A DNA stretch of 64,000 bases from Podarcis melisellensis (taxonomy: Eukaryota), in NCBI GenBank assembly GCA_964234715.1, contig OZ174279.1; one strand, given 5' to 3'. Below are positions 46,373 to 59,274 of this stretch, in pieces. Positions within the stretch are counted from its first letter, which is position 1. Each line of letters opens with the position of its first letter. The notes beneath the pieces were generated by a model, which made no database searches, had not been told where the DNA came from, and was given only the letters and a program-made list of their open reading frames with translations. The position numbers were made by a program, and so were the translations under genes.

Positions 46373-48499
46373 ACAGCATAGTATAGTTGTTGAGTACTGT
46401 TGAAATCCATACTGTTCACTCTAACCTAAGCCTGTAATCTTAAACTATTTAGTTGAAAATACATTCTGTTGACATGTCAGAATGTAACTACTTAAGTACA
46501 TAAATCAAGGTTTATTTCCTGTCTTGCATTTTGGATTGCATGCTTGCCTTCAGAAGATGGTCTGGGCAGTGTTTGTTTTCTCTCTCTCATCCCTTATCAG
46601 TGTAACCAATTGCATCTTTATCATTACTCAAGTTGCAAAGATCAGCTTCCTCTGGGTTGATCTGATCAGAAGTTTAAAGGCATGATGCCTTCTGGATAGA
46701 AGGGTTTTTACTTCAATCTCTTAAGAAATTACTCAGTCCAGACACGACAATTCATTTAAATCTTTGTCTCCATTAAGTAGCCCATAACGGCCTCAATTAT
46801 TTGGCTTAAAAATCTGTAAGTTTCTTATGTGTCTAATTATAAAATGGCTTTTCAGAAGTATTTAGGACTTCACATAAAGAAATAGATTTGTTTAGTTATT
46901 GTAGCTAGTAGAATTGTGGGTTTGTTTGTTCTTTTCATTTTTTGAATCCTTTTTGGGGGAAATGTAAGTTGATTCTCTTTGTTTTTATTATTTAAAAACT
47001 ACTCCCAGACTGCAGTCCTCACCCCTCTCCTGATGATGATGTGCTGGGAAGGATTAGGATGGTGTGTGTTGAGGTGCAGAGACTGGTGCTGAATCTGGGC
47101 AGGTGACAACTTCCTGCCTCTGGTTCTCCCACTGTTGATAGTTAGCACAAAACCCTGTTTCAGGTTGGAGGTAGGTGATGGAGGCTTTGGATATGGGATA
47201 CAAAGCAGGAGTGGTCCCCTAAGGACCCAGTTCCCAGGCACGTCTGTTGAGTCAACTCAGTGGATGCAGCAAAAAGCAGGAGAAACTCTGCTCTTCCCCC
47301 GCCCCCTGGCTGTCAGGTCTTCATATGCAGCTGCAGGTTAGAATTGCTCAGTTAGTCCTATTGGTCACAGTGAGATTTACTTCTGAATAAACATCCGTAA
47401 GATTGTGCTGTGAATCTTCTTTACATCGAAACATTTTACTCTTGAGCCTGTTCGTGCATGGCCTTCAGTCACAGAGAAGTGCAACTCCAAATTGATCATA
47501 TACTTCACGTTGTGACTAGGTTACTAGTAAAGGCTAGAATTTAAATGTAACTACACAACTTCTGCAGATGAACAAGGTCCATGAGCACTTAATTTATTTA
47601 GTCCTTGGGATAAGATTACACTGAAGCCTGTTACAATGGGATCTGCCTGCAGGTGGTAATAGCCCACTCATAGTTACTTCTCTGGTCTCTCAGCTGATGG
47701 GCCCCTGTCACAAGGCAGGGAGCTGTGCTACATCTAGGTCAGCAGTTCCAAACATTTTGCCACACACACCTGAGTCTTTGTGCACCAGTTAATAGTTTTT
47801 CTGCCTGTTGTAGCAGTTGTACTAGATGCAGTCAAATCTTTAATTGTAGTTTATTTGCTGCGGCTGTTACTGTATTGCAATCCGAATTCCATAGAATTCA
47901 AACTATAATAGAATATAAGAAAGAATAGCAATTGAAATACAATTAAGCAGCAGTGTGTGAATACTTAATTTGATTATGCCCTATCGCCTGTCTTCAACCA
48001 CCCCATCCACCGCAGACCATTGTGAATCCCTGATCAAAATGGATGCAAGCCTAACAGTTTGAGAACCCCTTTGATTTATTCTTTCTGCAGCAATGAAGGC
48101 GCTTTCTAGAAGTAAATGTATAAAGGTTCAATAAGCATCTTGCGAGACTATGCATGCATTTATGTATGAGCCATGGGGTGATTGGGGATTTGAGAATTGT
48201 GGCTGTAGTTCATGATAACATACTTGCGGGGACATGAGACTGGGATAGCTCCATCAAACATTAGCCAGTGTTTGGTGAATGGAAAACAAGTCAATTTCCT
48301 TCGAATCAACTCCAGCATTAGTCGAGATAGAGCCCTCACCACAGGCAATGGATGAGGGAAGCACTTAAAATCCACGTTGTATATGAGGACATGCTTTGCC
48401 CCAGCAACCTGAAAGGGAAGCAAAGCAGGGTGGGTCTGTGCCCCCAGTCTCCTCTGGCTTTAGTTCTGACCCCAGTATGTATTTGCTTGTTGACATTCC

Positions 48500-49575
48500 T
48501 GGCCGGCATTCCTCACCTTAAAGGTACATTCCTCTGGGTCAGGAAGCCACCCGCCCCGCCGCTCCTTTGGGAAGCGCCTCCCTCCCACTCTCGACGTTCA
48601 GATGGGCAGCAGCTGGAGTTCCGCCCGGAGCCTCGAGGTTGGCTTGGTTTGGAGGGCGAGGGGCGTCGATCAGCGCGTCATTCGCACCTCCTTCCGCGGG
48701 CACCCGGTCAAAAGTGTGCACGGGGCGGGAGGCGGAGGTTAGGAGGGGAAGAAGGGGCTTTCCTGGGATCGCCTGGCTGTCCGCTCGTAGTCCAGGATTG
48801 GTGCAAGCGCAACAGCCGTCGGAAGACGTTAAGGCGCTTTGGCGATCGCAGCAGCTGTCTCTGCGCCTCCCCGGAGGAGGAGAGAATCTGCCCCACGGCC
48901 ACTATTGGGGGTGAGCGGCCGATGCAAGATCTGCCTGTGCTGCAGCGCAGTCCGTGACACAGAAAGGGGAGGGGGAAAAGGACGGCTAGGTGTAGAGAGC
49001 ACCTGGGGGTGGAGGGATAAAACTTGACCTCGCCTTCCGTCTGGCAAAGATTGCTCTGCACTTCCATTGCTTCCGTCTGGGGATCCGCAAGGGAAGCGGT
49101 AAGTTCCACGAGCGCCTCGTTCGCGATTTGCAAAGGGAGCCGCGAGTTTATAGTAGGGAGGCTGCAAACCCGAAGCAAAAGTAAAATGAAAGCAAGTGTG
49201 CATGGTTCGGCCCTGCGCTCAGCAGCTTGGAGATCTGTGGCGCAGAGCAAGCGGCGCTTCGGGGACAGAAATCCGGCAGACCCGATGAAGAGTGAAGGAG
49301 AGAAGTGAATGCGCCGGGCGGTCCTGGCATTGGGAAAGCAAGCGCAGAAGTAGCAGAGGGCGAGCCTGCCGGCGGGGCTTGAATTTCAGCATCCTTTCCC
49401 TTTCAATCTGCAGCAATGCATTTGGGCGCTGGGTCTCCAGGAATTGCTCTTTGAAATGAGGGCGCCTCCCGCACCAGCGCCTGAAGATGCGCAACGGTCC
49501 GAGCGCAGCCGGTGGCACGTTTTGCAACTTTCAGAAACAAACTGCACAACGTAGGGCGGGGTGGGGGCTTCGGGA
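48500..49575. promoter_or_regulatory. VWA2: CpG island, probable VWA2 promoter and first non-coding exon
   Basis: CpG-dense; GC boxes (48551-48560, ~48722); TATA-like GATAAAA near 49016; donor GCG|GTAAGT at 49099. Confidence 0.7.
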
Positions 49576-52500
49576 GTGTTTATTACAGTTGTAGATTTTC
49601 ACGGAACTAAAATATCATGAAACAGTTCTCAAACTTTCAGGTTCTCCTTCCATCTTCCTCTCTCTTAGTTAAGTATTTTAATTTATTTATTTGAATGGGG
49701 GGGGGAGCTGTCCTGCCTTCTCCCATGGTATGAAGCAAAATGGGCAAAACCCCACGAGTTTGCAGTCCCATCTTCATTAACATGCAGCCTTAAAAAGAGT
49801 TCTGGAGAACTTGAAAGCTTGATCACTATTACATTGTATTTGCCCCCAGAAAGATATTACTCTGTTGTGACTTTTAGATACTCTCAAATGAGCTGACAAG
49901 GCTTTCTCCATTTTTCCCACAGAACCTTATGCGCAGTTCCTCCCAGTCCTGGACTAGCTGCCCGTGATGGTATGTTAATAGCCACAAGCAGTTTCCTAGT
50001 TTCGCAGTTACCAAAAGGGGGCAGCTGTTGCCTGCAGTGCAAAAAATCAAAAGGTGATTTATTTCTACATGCATTTTTCTTTTTGGGGGGTTGAGAGCAG
50101 TGTCTTGTTTCTACTCTGTGCAGTTAGATGGGGAGATAGGTATCTCCTTTGTCTATCTGTGTGCCTCAGGAACCGTGCCAGCTTCCTGGAAGCATACCTG
50201 TAAATAAAATGGATCCCTTTCTGCAAATGCAGCCACGATATGATCTTATCAGTGACATGTGCTCATCTGCTTTGCTGAGGGCCTCTCAGAGGCAGGTTTC
50301 TGGGAGCAGCTGTGAAAAATGTAGTTGCTGGTCTAACTGAATCAGAACAATGAGTCGATATGGTGAGGTAAGGCAGAAATGTGGCCCCAGAACAAGGAGA
50401 GGGATGTAGTGGTAGAGCATCGGCATTGTAAGCCCAGGTTCCCAGATTCAACCATTGCACTGTCAATTAAAAGTCTGGAACAGGTAACATGCCTGGAACA
50501 GACATGAAGCCTGCGGCATTGGAGTGGCATGGGAGACTTTAGGAAGAACAACCTATTTGCCAGTCCCACCAAATGGTCCTATGTAAGATGTGCAAAGGAA
50601 AAACAAAATTTATTCCTTTCCCTTTAATGTAAACCTAGCCTATTCTTTATATTCCCTACCAGTTCATCACTTTATCTTTTCTCTTGGCCTAATCAATCAA
50701 AAATTGCATTGATGCCTCAAGGAATATATTTTTCATGGATCTCGGTAAGGTGATTCCGTGGCAGAATGCAATGGGGAGTGAGTGGCCCATTGTAAGATTT
50801 TTAGTTGGACCAACGCCAACAAACTTACTATTCACAAATAATTGACCATCTTGTATGCACAGTAAAACAAGGGCCATGTCTTGACTACTATGGGTTGGAT
50901 GGTTTAGTGGGGATGTGCATGACACTAGTCCACTGGGGTAGGGTCTCATTTATTTTTCCTGAAGGGATTTCAAGGCCTTGTTATGAACAAAAGGTAGCAA
51001 ATATAGGCCAGATCACTACCAGCTGATCAATGATTATATGACTCACCAAACAAGATGTGCACCTGCTCACCATTTTGCTCTTTGATTGCTCTTCTGTTAG
51101 CCCTAGATGATTCCAATTTCATTAAGTGTGTAAGTATCTGTAGCCATAAATTCTGCATCTTTTGTCTCAATAGGCACTTTAAATGTGATGTATGTGAGTT
51201 GTTGTTAGGCTAATTCTTGTGTAGGGCTGTGCTGTGCTCTTTCTTTCTTGCCTTAAACACATTTATTCAGAAGTAAACCCAACATGGGAGTGCATAAGAT
51301 TCCAACATAAGTCTCCAGCATAAGTATCAATAAGCTGCTTTCCTCATTTTGCTTGCCTGTTTGGCTGCTTCATTGTGAAAATTATGAATCTTTGGACTAC
51401 TCCACCCATTTTACAGCCGCAAACATGAGCTTACCAGTACTTCTACATGCAGTAGGAAGTTGCATCAATCCTTGTGTGATATACACAGTAACACAGTTTA
51501 CCTTTACCTATCATATATACGTGTGTAAAACAAGACTTTCCAAGGATGATATGGGGATTCCAAATTGTTTATGCATATTCCGGTTGTGACAGGAGCTTGA
51601 AATAAAGGGCTGTTTCTTTAGTGTTTCTTTCTATATGAACCAAATGAACTCTTTGCTCAAGAGTTTTAGAACTTGTCAACCAAAGCAAATATAAGCCTCC
51701 CTGACTCACCTGTTCCACCTCAGCTTTCATGATTTGTAATAGCAGGTGTATCTAATTCAATTAGAAGGCTTAAAATAAGTTGAAGTAGGTCTCTTGCTTC
51801 ATCTAAAATGGTACTAAATAGGAATCAGCATTTGGTCTGTCTGTCTAAAATTAAGACTAACCAATTTGCATTACAAAAATGTAGCTTTTCTCAGTTCAGA
51901 ATTGTTCATGCTCATCCTCAGCATGCTGTTTTCAGTCTGTGTTGACTCTTGATCCTGCCGCCTACAAAGTTTGTTGTGGTTACTTGATACATGTTTGAAA
52001 CCTGTTCCCTTGACTAGGCTGTGCCTTTTCCTACTTGCATGTGTCCAAAGTGAACGTAGAAGGCAGTGGTGACTGCAGTCTTGGCATACGCCCACCCACA
52101 ATGTCACTGGGCGAGTCTGGATACATCCTTCCCCTTTGCCTGGACAACCTATTTCTGTTTTCTATTGGATACACTGGGGGGGGGGTTATCAAACTCTGCA
52201 GAATCAGTCTGCAGTGAACTTTGACTTTCAGAATGTCTTAAGAAGCACTTTTCATGGGGCAAATAAATATGCAGTACATCTAGATAGTGTGTGGACGCCT
52301 TTAGAAAAAAAATGCAAAAGCAATCTCCACTGATTCTAGAATAAATGCAGCCATAAGCTGCATCTGCAAAAAGAGCACGAAAGCTTGTATTACTTGTTGC
52401 ACCAGCTCTTTATAACAGCTAACCTTTAAAACAACCAGATTCTTTTTCAAAGTCTGTTTTATTTCTAAGATTCCATTATTATATGAGTGTTCTTTCAGTC

Positions 52501-54493
52501 TCCTGCTGCAAGGAGAAGGAGGAGGGCTTGAAGTCCCCAGCCTAATGAGCCAGCTTGTTGTATGTTGGATCCATATCAAAAGAGAGGCAGTAATTAATTA
52601 AAGTTGTACCTACTGCTTGACACTTTCTAATGATTTATTCCCACCCCATTTTTTGGCAACACTTGTTGAAGGGCCTGTTGTTCTAGGCAAGTACACACTT
52701 CAACTATTTTGATGATTATGTCTGCTGAGGAGAAGAGTTAAGCAAAATTGCTATGAACTGTGCTCTTTAGAATTATATGTAGTCGCCTACATGCCTGCCC
52801 TCTTGGCAAATGTAGGATCAATTCACCCAGCTAAGAATGTGAGATGAATTTAGGCATATGATGCTCAGATTTTTAGGTGCTTTGGGTTGTGTTTTAGTGT
52901 TTATAACTGCCTGCCTGTCTTTCTTAGGTGATAATAAGCATACACAGAAACTATGAAAAGCAGAAAGGAGGAGTTGTTTTATTTGACATTAGTTGCTTCC
53001 TACAAAATAGTCTTTAAGCGACATACAAAAAGGTTGAATATCAACTTAAGGAGCCATTTCTAGATGGTAAATATCCAGTTTGCACGACTGTTTGATATCT
53101 GGTTGCATGGGCTGAGTTTGGGCATGGAGCGAAGCAGATCTATGGTTATATATTGCACTGCCTCATCATTTTTGGAAACATTTGCGTTAGGAAAGTTATA
53201 GTGTGTGCTCTAAACAGCAGGAACTTGTGACATGGTGAAACATTTGCATGGACACTTTGTCTGCTCATACTTGATTCCGCATCATCTCTTAGGGTTGTGT
53301 GAGCTGGCTTGAAACTCCCTATCCTTTGATAATGGTCCTAATCCTTCTCATTGCTCTTGTTTTTTTTAAAAAAAGAATAAAAAATCTATACCAAAGTTGC
53401 AACTCTTAAACACTAAACTACTGACAGACATGTCCAACCTTCTGTGTCTACATATGAAGAAGGTAGTATGATCGAACAAAAAGTGTCCAATGGTGCTTTT
53501 GGTTTTACATCTCAGAGGCCACATTTTCAAACTCCACTTACCACAAACTGATCAACCTTCTTTGTACAGTGATGCATATTTTGCCCAGTTGACTTGCAGC
53601 ACATTTTCCCATCAGTGTTATGTTTTGGAAGCCACAAGTTTTAGTAAAACATCAGAGCTCCATTTTTTCTTGTTTCTTTGAATGGGTCTTATTCCAGGTT
53701 CTCTGCAGAAAGGGGAAGAAGGACCATAGCTCAGAGCATCTGTGTTCTTGGTTGTTCCCCTTCAGCTGCATTCTTGGTGACTGTCCCTCAAATACAAGTT
53801 ATGGATAAGGCCAGACTAGACACATGAGGCAATTATGTCTCGGAGAGATGTGGTGCCCTATTTACATATAACTCAGAGGTGGAATCTACTTTTTGCACAA
53901 AAATAGAGTGCATTGAGGAGGGGAGCAAAACCTCTTCTCTTGCCTTGTTTTGCCGCTCTCTGTAGGTTTAAGCCAAGGACGCAGGTGCAGGTGGCATCTT
54001 TTCCAGCCCAGGGGCCATGTTTCCTTCTGGGCAACCTTCCAGGGAGCCACATGTCAGGAGTGGGCAGGGCCAGAGACAAAAGTGCATAGAGAAATTAATA
54101 TAAATGTTACATTTGTAAGTAGTTTCCACACATGCTCATTTACACCTCTCTAGCCATCATCCAAACAAGTAGAAGTTTGAGGCCACATTTCAGCCCGGAA
54201 AATGTACTTGGGAGTGCAAAGTAGGAGGTGTGGTCTGGAGAGAGTTCTGAAGTCCAGAAAAAGCCCCTTTCTGGCTTAAGCATTTATTTTTCTTCCCACA
54301 TCACAGCTGGGCTTGGGGGCAGAGTGCTTAAAAGAAATGGAGCACAGCCATAGCGGTGTTAGGCATTCTTCTTACCTGCCTGCTACTTGGTGGTAGTTTT
54401 GGTTAGATGCAGACACTTCCATCCCTGATTTATATAGGAATAGGGAAAACACACACTTAAGGTATCATATGTAGTTTGGTCCTGTGTGTTTAT

Positions 54494-54497
<4 letters not shown>

Positions 54498-54575
<78 letters not shown>
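54498..54575. repeat. Compound (AT)n(CA)n microsatellite
   Basis: Read directly. Confidence 0.97.
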
Positions 54576-54580
<5 letters not shown>

Positions 54581-55081
54581 AATATGTATTATAAATGCAG
54601 CTCAGGCTCCTTTAAAACTTTTGCACAGCTGTTGTTCCATTCACAGCTATGAACATTCAGACTCTTTTAGTGATACAAATGTTTGTAAGTACTGCCTAAT
54701 AAATTTATTCATAAGTGCATACTATGTTTGCTGCTTTCAGTTTTTCCTTTAAAATAGTAGAGCAGGGCAGCTGGGTGAAATAATTTCCCTTGAGAAATCT
54801 GAGATCTAAAGTTGAGATAGGAGTGTCATGAAAACACCCTTATCTCCCCAAACTTTGTGCTATAGCGTCCTGGTTGACTCACCTGCCAGGGCAAGTGGGG
54901 ACTTGTTCATGTGTTTCTGGGAATTTACAGTCAAGCAGTGCTGGAGTTATTTGAGTGTGCATTTGTGGGGAGTGTAGAAATATATCATTATCTTATTGGC
55001 ATGTACCAGGAGATGGACTGGAGAAAGAGGGAACCAGAGCTATTTGAGGAACTCTGTTGTTGTTACCGTCATTTGGTTAAA

Positions 55082-55220
55082 CAAGGAATGGGGAACCTGA
55101 GTCCCTCCAGTTGTTGTTGGACTACAACACCTGTGTTCCTTGGCCATTGGCCATGCTTGTTGAGTCCAGTGGGAACTGGAGTTCAACAGCATCTGAAGGG
55201 CCACAGCTTCTCCATTCCTG
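55082..55220. mobile_element. Palindromic hAT-derived MITE (similar decayed copies near 735-850, 34700-34830, 60880-60990)
   Basis: Ends CAAGGAATGGGGAA / TTCTCCATTCCTG; internal ggactacaac...gaactggagttc pseudo-palindrome. Confidence 0.65.
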
Positions 55221-56321
55221 GGTTAAAAAGAGAATGACCTGTCCTGTAGAGAATCAGCCCTTTGAGCATTAATTATGTTTCTATTTATAAGAAACCTGGT
55301 ATACAAGTGTCAGGTAAATGTCCAGTATTCAACTAGTAAAATAAGAGGTGGTGGGATTTGAGTCTCCCTAGAAAGCATATTGCCTCTGACGTAGGGGCAT
55401 GGACTGTGGTTGGCAAGGAGAAGCACTTGTGCCTTTTCAAATGTACTCTGCTTGAACTACCAGTTTGTAGATGCAAAGAACCACCTTGGTTCATACATGG
55501 TATAGGAAAATGAGGCTCCAGGGCATCCCAAAAGCCTCTGGAAAGATTTAGGGGCCAAACACCAGCAGTCCTATGTTAAATACGTTTCTACCGTTTTTAG
55601 CTCTGACATTGGCCAAATACCTGAAAGGATATTAATCACTATCTCAGACTATATCCAAGGAGCTTGATGTAGCAAATGTTGAGTTCTCAGCTGGCCTTCC
55701 ATTAGGTATTAGCCAGGCTCAGATCTACTTGCCTCCATTGATAGATCTATACTGTGTGACATCTTTCTTTATATATCTAGTCTACCTTCAGCAAGAGATG
55801 CTGATCCGTAGGCATTAATATGCTGCTTCCCAGGATTCTAGCCTAAAGCTTGCTATTGAAAAACAGTGCTGAACCTGAGGAGCTCAAATTAAGCTTTGTG
55901 AGTTGGTAGATGGGGCATTATATATATAGCATAGCACATGATTCACAAACAATAGATCAAGACTCGCCAGTGAGTCATGCCAGCCTTACGTCACCAAACT
56001 ATAGTTTCCATGTACAGTTTAAATGGAAAGTTTTAGCTACAGTAAACTTGGGCACTAGCCAGCTAGATAGAGGCCAGATCTTTGTTTATGCAAAAATGTC
56101 ATTGCTGTTTAGAGCAGCATAAGGAGGTTTATAAGTAGCTCATAAAGTTAAATGGTGCTGATGTGTGACATACAGTCAGAAAATGGATCTGTTTGCAGTT
56201 GTGTAGCGTGCACCAGCTGCCACTAATACTCTTTGATAGTCAGGATCTTAAAAGTCAGATAATATGTTTAGCGCCTTTCCTAGAAATAATACGTGCCTTT
56301 TTACCCTGCAGTGCTGTCATC

Positions 56322-56373
56322 ATGACCCTCTTAATGTGGCTTACCTCCGCTTGCATTTTCCTGTTTTCCCAAG
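56322..56373 (+). CDS. VWA2: von Willebrand factor A domain-containing protein 2, coding exon 1 (signal peptide)
   Basis: MTLLMWLTSACIFLFSQ; acceptor ccctgcag (exon start 56312), phase-1 donor AAG|GTGAGT. Confidence 0.88.
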
Positions 56374-57546
56374 GTGAGTTTACAAGGTAAATAGCTGTGG
56401 GTGGAATGTGGTGTCCTGCAAAATCTGCCCTTTTAAACACAGGAGAAAGTTGGTGATGGTTGTAGAATAAGGAATAAGGCTGCATCCCCTTAGGCACAAA
56501 TTTGTATGGTACTTGTTCATCAGCTCCACACAGATGTGTGACCAAATCATACACTGTGCTGTGCTGGGCATGAACAGAAAATGAACAATATCATTGGTAC
56601 AAATCTTATAACAGCATTTGTGTGGTGTCCAGAATGGTATAAAACCAGGTTACTCTCTTCGTTCTTTAAGTTACAACGTGCCACACAATCCTTCTTTCTG
56701 ATCCTGTTGTCTCACAGCAACAGGAATCAAGCTGACTCAGCCAGCCAAACTGTTGCTAGCCAAACCGTTGCTTACTGCAACACACAGGAGGGTGAGAGTT
56801 TCCTGAGAGGAAATTACGCTTGCTACACACCTCCTCTGGTTCTCCTGTTGCTGTGCTGCTGCAAGCTTAACCATGGTTTGGTTTAGGGTGACATCCAAAC
56901 CTGGGCTTGTGATTTGTTTTGCTGGAGACAAAATACAAGCCCAGGTTTGGATGACAAACTAAACTTGAAACATCTCAACAGGAGTGGGAACAGCAAAGAC
57001 TAGCTGCAATCTCATTTTTGGGAGCCTGTATGCCTAGGACATTCATATGCCATAGTTTGGCATGGCATTATGTCTAAACCTTCTCAAAGTTCTAGTTTAT
57101 CAAGATCTGTCCGGAGGGCCCAAGCAAGGCCTACCAATTCGTGAGCCACAAAACTCTCCAGTGAACCCCATCAAACAAACTTTATGCTGTGACCTGGTAA
57201 AGTTTTAAAATGATTAACAAATATTTTCAACTGTAAGGAAATTACTCATTTTATACACTGATACCAGTCAGATTTAAGTCAGCTCCGTCAATTCCATAAC
57301 ATTTTGTTCAGTGTTGAAGCAACGTGGGTGGTATTTAACCCAGAGTAGACCCATTGAAACTAATGATCACGACGACTATTAATTTCAAGAGTAAAATTTA
57401 GTTGAATATCGCCTAGTATTCTTTTGTGTCTTGCGTACCTTGATAGCCTTTCTGAAGCTGAAAAAGCTAGATTATTGTGCTTATCGTATGACCATTTGCA
57501 TCTTTTAATGGGTGCCAAAGAGAAAGCACACAAGCTATCCTGTCCT

Positions 57547-57882
57547 CAGGGGCGGAGGAAGGGGGGTGCAGTGGGGCGATGCGCCCCGGGTGTCACCACT
57601 GAGGGGGGTGACAAAATGGTGGGCGGCACTCACTGTGGGGCTTGCAGCACACCCAAGCCATGCATCTTTCCTGGGAGTGACACAGTGGCTTGGGTGCCCG
57701 TAGGCTCCGTGCTGCCCCAAACTGTCTGCCTGCTGCCTCCCCCCCAACTGTAGGGCAGCTGAGTGGGAGGAGGCAGGCAGACTCCTCAGAGGCCCCGCAT
57801 CACATCCTGCCCTGGCTGGCCCCACCTTTGGGTGCAGGTCATGTCCGCCGCCCGGGTGCCCAACGGGCTTGCTCTGTTGCTG
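57547..57882. mobile_element. Non-autonomous hAT element
   Basis: CAG...CTG ends; 8-bp TSD CCTGTCCT / CCTGTCCC; GC-rich interior. Confidence 0.75.
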
Positions 57883-57996
57883 CCTGTCCCTATCCTGATA
57901 TTTTCTGGAAATCATCTGAAAGCAATACTTTAAAGAGGTTCTGTTAAAATATTTTGCTAATAGCTGGTTAACTGTGTTGACGACTTGATTTTATAG

Positions 57997-58071
57997 CACT
58001 TGTGTCATGGAGCATCCAAGAACTGCACGTCAGCCAGGAAACCATTGAGAAAATTTCAGCAGCTGGCCAAC
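57997..58071 (+). CDS. VWA2: VWA2 coding exon 2
   Basis: ALVSWSIQELHVSQETIEKISAAGQ; ttatag / GTGAGT. Confidence 0.92.
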
Positions 58072-59132
58072 GTGAGTGTTTTTTGTTTGTTGCACAAAAA
58101 GCTCTTGCAATGCCTAGTTCTCCCGCCTGCAGATTTGTACCCTTCATTACATAATCAACATATTTTTATTCACCCAGCTATTTAAAATAATTTCTGATCT
58201 TTGACTATGAGCTCCTAATGTTGTGTAATTTATTCTATATTTATGCTGCCAAGCTAGCTCGATCTGCAGGCTGAAAAGTTTTTATGTTGCTGTAGTGGGA
58301 GGTGAACTTGGGGAGAAGAGCAGCTGTGGAAACTGTATGGTTTATACCCATTAATTGTGTGTTGGGATGTGTGCTTGACACCTTTGGCTGTGCATTCTGA
58401 GTATATGTGTCTTTTCCTAGCGGATTAATTTCAGCTATAGTATTATCCTCTGTTGCTGAAACATCTCAGTGTTCCAGCAACCGTTTAATGAGGGGTGCAG
58501 TGGACTATTGCCAGATAGGAATTAACAAGGTTACTGTATAACATGACTCAGTGGCTTTCAGTGGAATGCTTTAAAACTTTCAATCCCTTTTAATCTGTTT
58601 TTAGGGGGGGGGGGGGGCGGACTGATTTCAAATCTTTTTAACTAGGCAGAAATCGAAGCCAAAGGGAATAATGATGTGCTGTCCTGGAAGACAAAGTGAA
58701 AGAGAGAGGAAATCAAGAATAAATTCATGGCTGCCTTCTTTAAAAATGCAAATTTCTCATTCCTTGCTGCATAAACAGTTCCTACTTGTTTTTTTAAAAT
58801 TAGTTCAGTTTTTATATATCAGAGGAGTTAGGATGGGTAACAACGGTTTAAGGTGGGAGGGGCTATAAAAACAAATACAGTACACCATAATATGTAAGCT
58901 ACGTAGGATTTAAATTGACCCACTATACCTGTTGAATGTCAAAATCTTTTATCAATTAAATGCTTCTTGTCCCCCTAATGCATTTTATCTGCAGGGGGGT
59001 TTCCTCTGCATTGAGGGGCAGCTGGGCCATACCACTGGTCCCATTCACAGATGACACTGTTCCAGCCACCTACTGTTCACAAGTTGAGTCTGGAAGTCTG
59101 AGCAAGGAAGCATTTGCATGCAGACCTCTATG

Positions 59133-59274
59133 CAGTGCGGTTTTGCTTAAAAAAATTTTTTATAGGGGTACTCTCATTTTCCTACTCATATTGAAATACT
59201 GCCCCTCAATTTAGATACACAAAATGTTGGGGGGTATGCGTACCCCTGTGTGTCCCCCCCAGAAAAAAACACTG
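59133..59274. mobile_element. Non-autonomous hAT MITE
   Basis: CAGTG...CACTG ends; perfect 8-bp TSD CCTCTATG. Confidence 0.85.

Noticed and set aside
48352-49527. Overlapping 100-200-aa ORFs on both strands
   Set aside because: GC-rich VWA2 promoter; no recognisable domains.
54383-54752. ORFs with CV/YI/TH repeats
   Set aside because: Translations of microsatellites.
57424-57947. ORFs as VWA2 exons or a separate gene
   Set aside because: They fall in a TSD-flanked hAT element, and the VWA2 exons join in phase without them.
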